From Nitrosopumilaceae archaeon (lineage in GTDB: Archaea; Thermoproteota; Nitrososphaeria; Nitrososphaerales; Nitrosopumilaceae), in NCBI GenBank assembly GCA_965200155.1, contig CBDATR010000010.1, forward strand, positions 256,001 to 320,000: a stretch of DNA of 64,000 nucleotides, in the 5' to 3' direction. Both the position numbers and the translations under genes were made by a program. Position 1 is the stretch's first letter; each line of letters opens with the position of its first letter. The notes under the pieces were generated by a model that saw only the letters and a list, made by a program, of their open reading frames with translations, was not told where the DNA came from and did not search any database. Shown here piece after piece: positions 63,216-64,000 of this stretch.

Positions 63216-64000
63216 TAGCACTAACCATAAGTCCTTGCCCATGGTTTTTCGTGGCGCCGAAACCTCACACGATCGTCATCATGTTCATGTTATGTCGGAT
63301 TTCCGCCCCATGAACACAGGATGACTTGCTCCGCCTCCCGTTGCAGGATATTTCGCGCGGCATTTACGCCCGCGTGAGTATCCTGCGGACACTGGGTACA
63401 AATGAATTTGCCCCATAATGTTCGTGTTTTCTTGTCAATATTCCCATACACAAAGCATTTCTGGCTCGTGTGGTGACTGTGAGTCGAGATTAGATGGATT
63501 CCTTTCTCCTTGCACTTTTGTTCCAACTTTCTCAGGAACCCACCAACACGATTGTGTCGCATCATTCCATTAATATCGTGTTTCCGGTTGCCGCCGTGAC
63601 TGGTCATGGGTTTTAGAGAGGTTCTCGACACCGACCGAGTCCACACCGTCTGCGACTTGTTTGATGATGTGGTTCATCCGGTTCGTTGCAACGTTGCCAC
63701 CTTTCTTCCACAACCGGCGAATCTGCTTCTCTAATAGTTGCCGACTTCGACATCCAGTACCGTGATTCCCAGTGAAGATGAGGCTCTGGGCGAATCTGCT
63801 TCTCTAATAGTTGCCGACTTCGACATCCAGTACCGTGATTCCCAGTGAAGATGAGGCTCTGGGCGAATCTGCTTCTCTAATAGTTGCCGACTTCGACCCT
63901 TCAAGTGTGTGAGTCGACCCTTTAACCGGTTGATTTTTCCAGTATCTTGCGGTGCTCCATAGAATGGGAGGCTATCATTCCCGCTGAGTCGGCTGTGACT
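63216..64000 (-). pseudogene. tnpB: TnpB relic (subfamily B), runs off the window end
   Basis: Reverse complement of ~38441-39075; TIR TAGCACTAACCATAAGTCCTTG preceded by TA. Confidence 0.85.
63716..63897. repeat. Three 36-bp repeats separated by two identical 37-bp inserts, inside the tnpB relic
   Basis: GGCGAATCTGCTTCTCTAATAGTTGCCGACTTCGAC at 63716-51, 63789-824, 63862-97; single copy in the paralog near 38543-38578. Confidence 0.93.

Noticed and set aside
63716-63897. Canonical CRISPR array
   Set aside because: The spacers are identical, the repeat is tnpB coding sequence, and there is no leader or cas gene; reported instead as an ectopic unit.

Overview
This window is archaeal chromosomal DNA from a Nitrosopumilaceae/Cenarchaeum-like thaumarchaeote (inferred from gene content). 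It carries housekeeping genes (thermosome, folE, rnz, pstS, CdvB-like ESCRT-III, lysC, PCNA, pyrH, glyA, cca, DP1-cdc6-oriC-DP2, GINS, glnA, pyrD, CoA operon) and one tRNA-Pro. It is heavily colonised by mobile DNA: a single-ORF IS66 with 17 copies of its 92-bp MITE, a second MITE family, two IS5-family elements, three IS481 relics and four TnpB relics. Three observations are not explained by these features. (1) At five unrelated loci, 36-37 bp of local sequence is duplicated around a foreign 36-38 bp insert. This is the geometry of CRISPR spacer integration, but dispersed and outside any array, and one insert is copied from an IS end elsewhere in the window. (2) The TnpB genes lie in elements bounded by ~22-bp terminal inverted repeats and TA duplications (IS630/mariner-like) rather than IS200/IS605 ends. 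(3) Tiny 19-22 bp hairpins are inserted at a duplicated CTCGT site in unrelated transposon genes. All coordinates were counted by eye and protein calls rest on motif recognition, not database searches.
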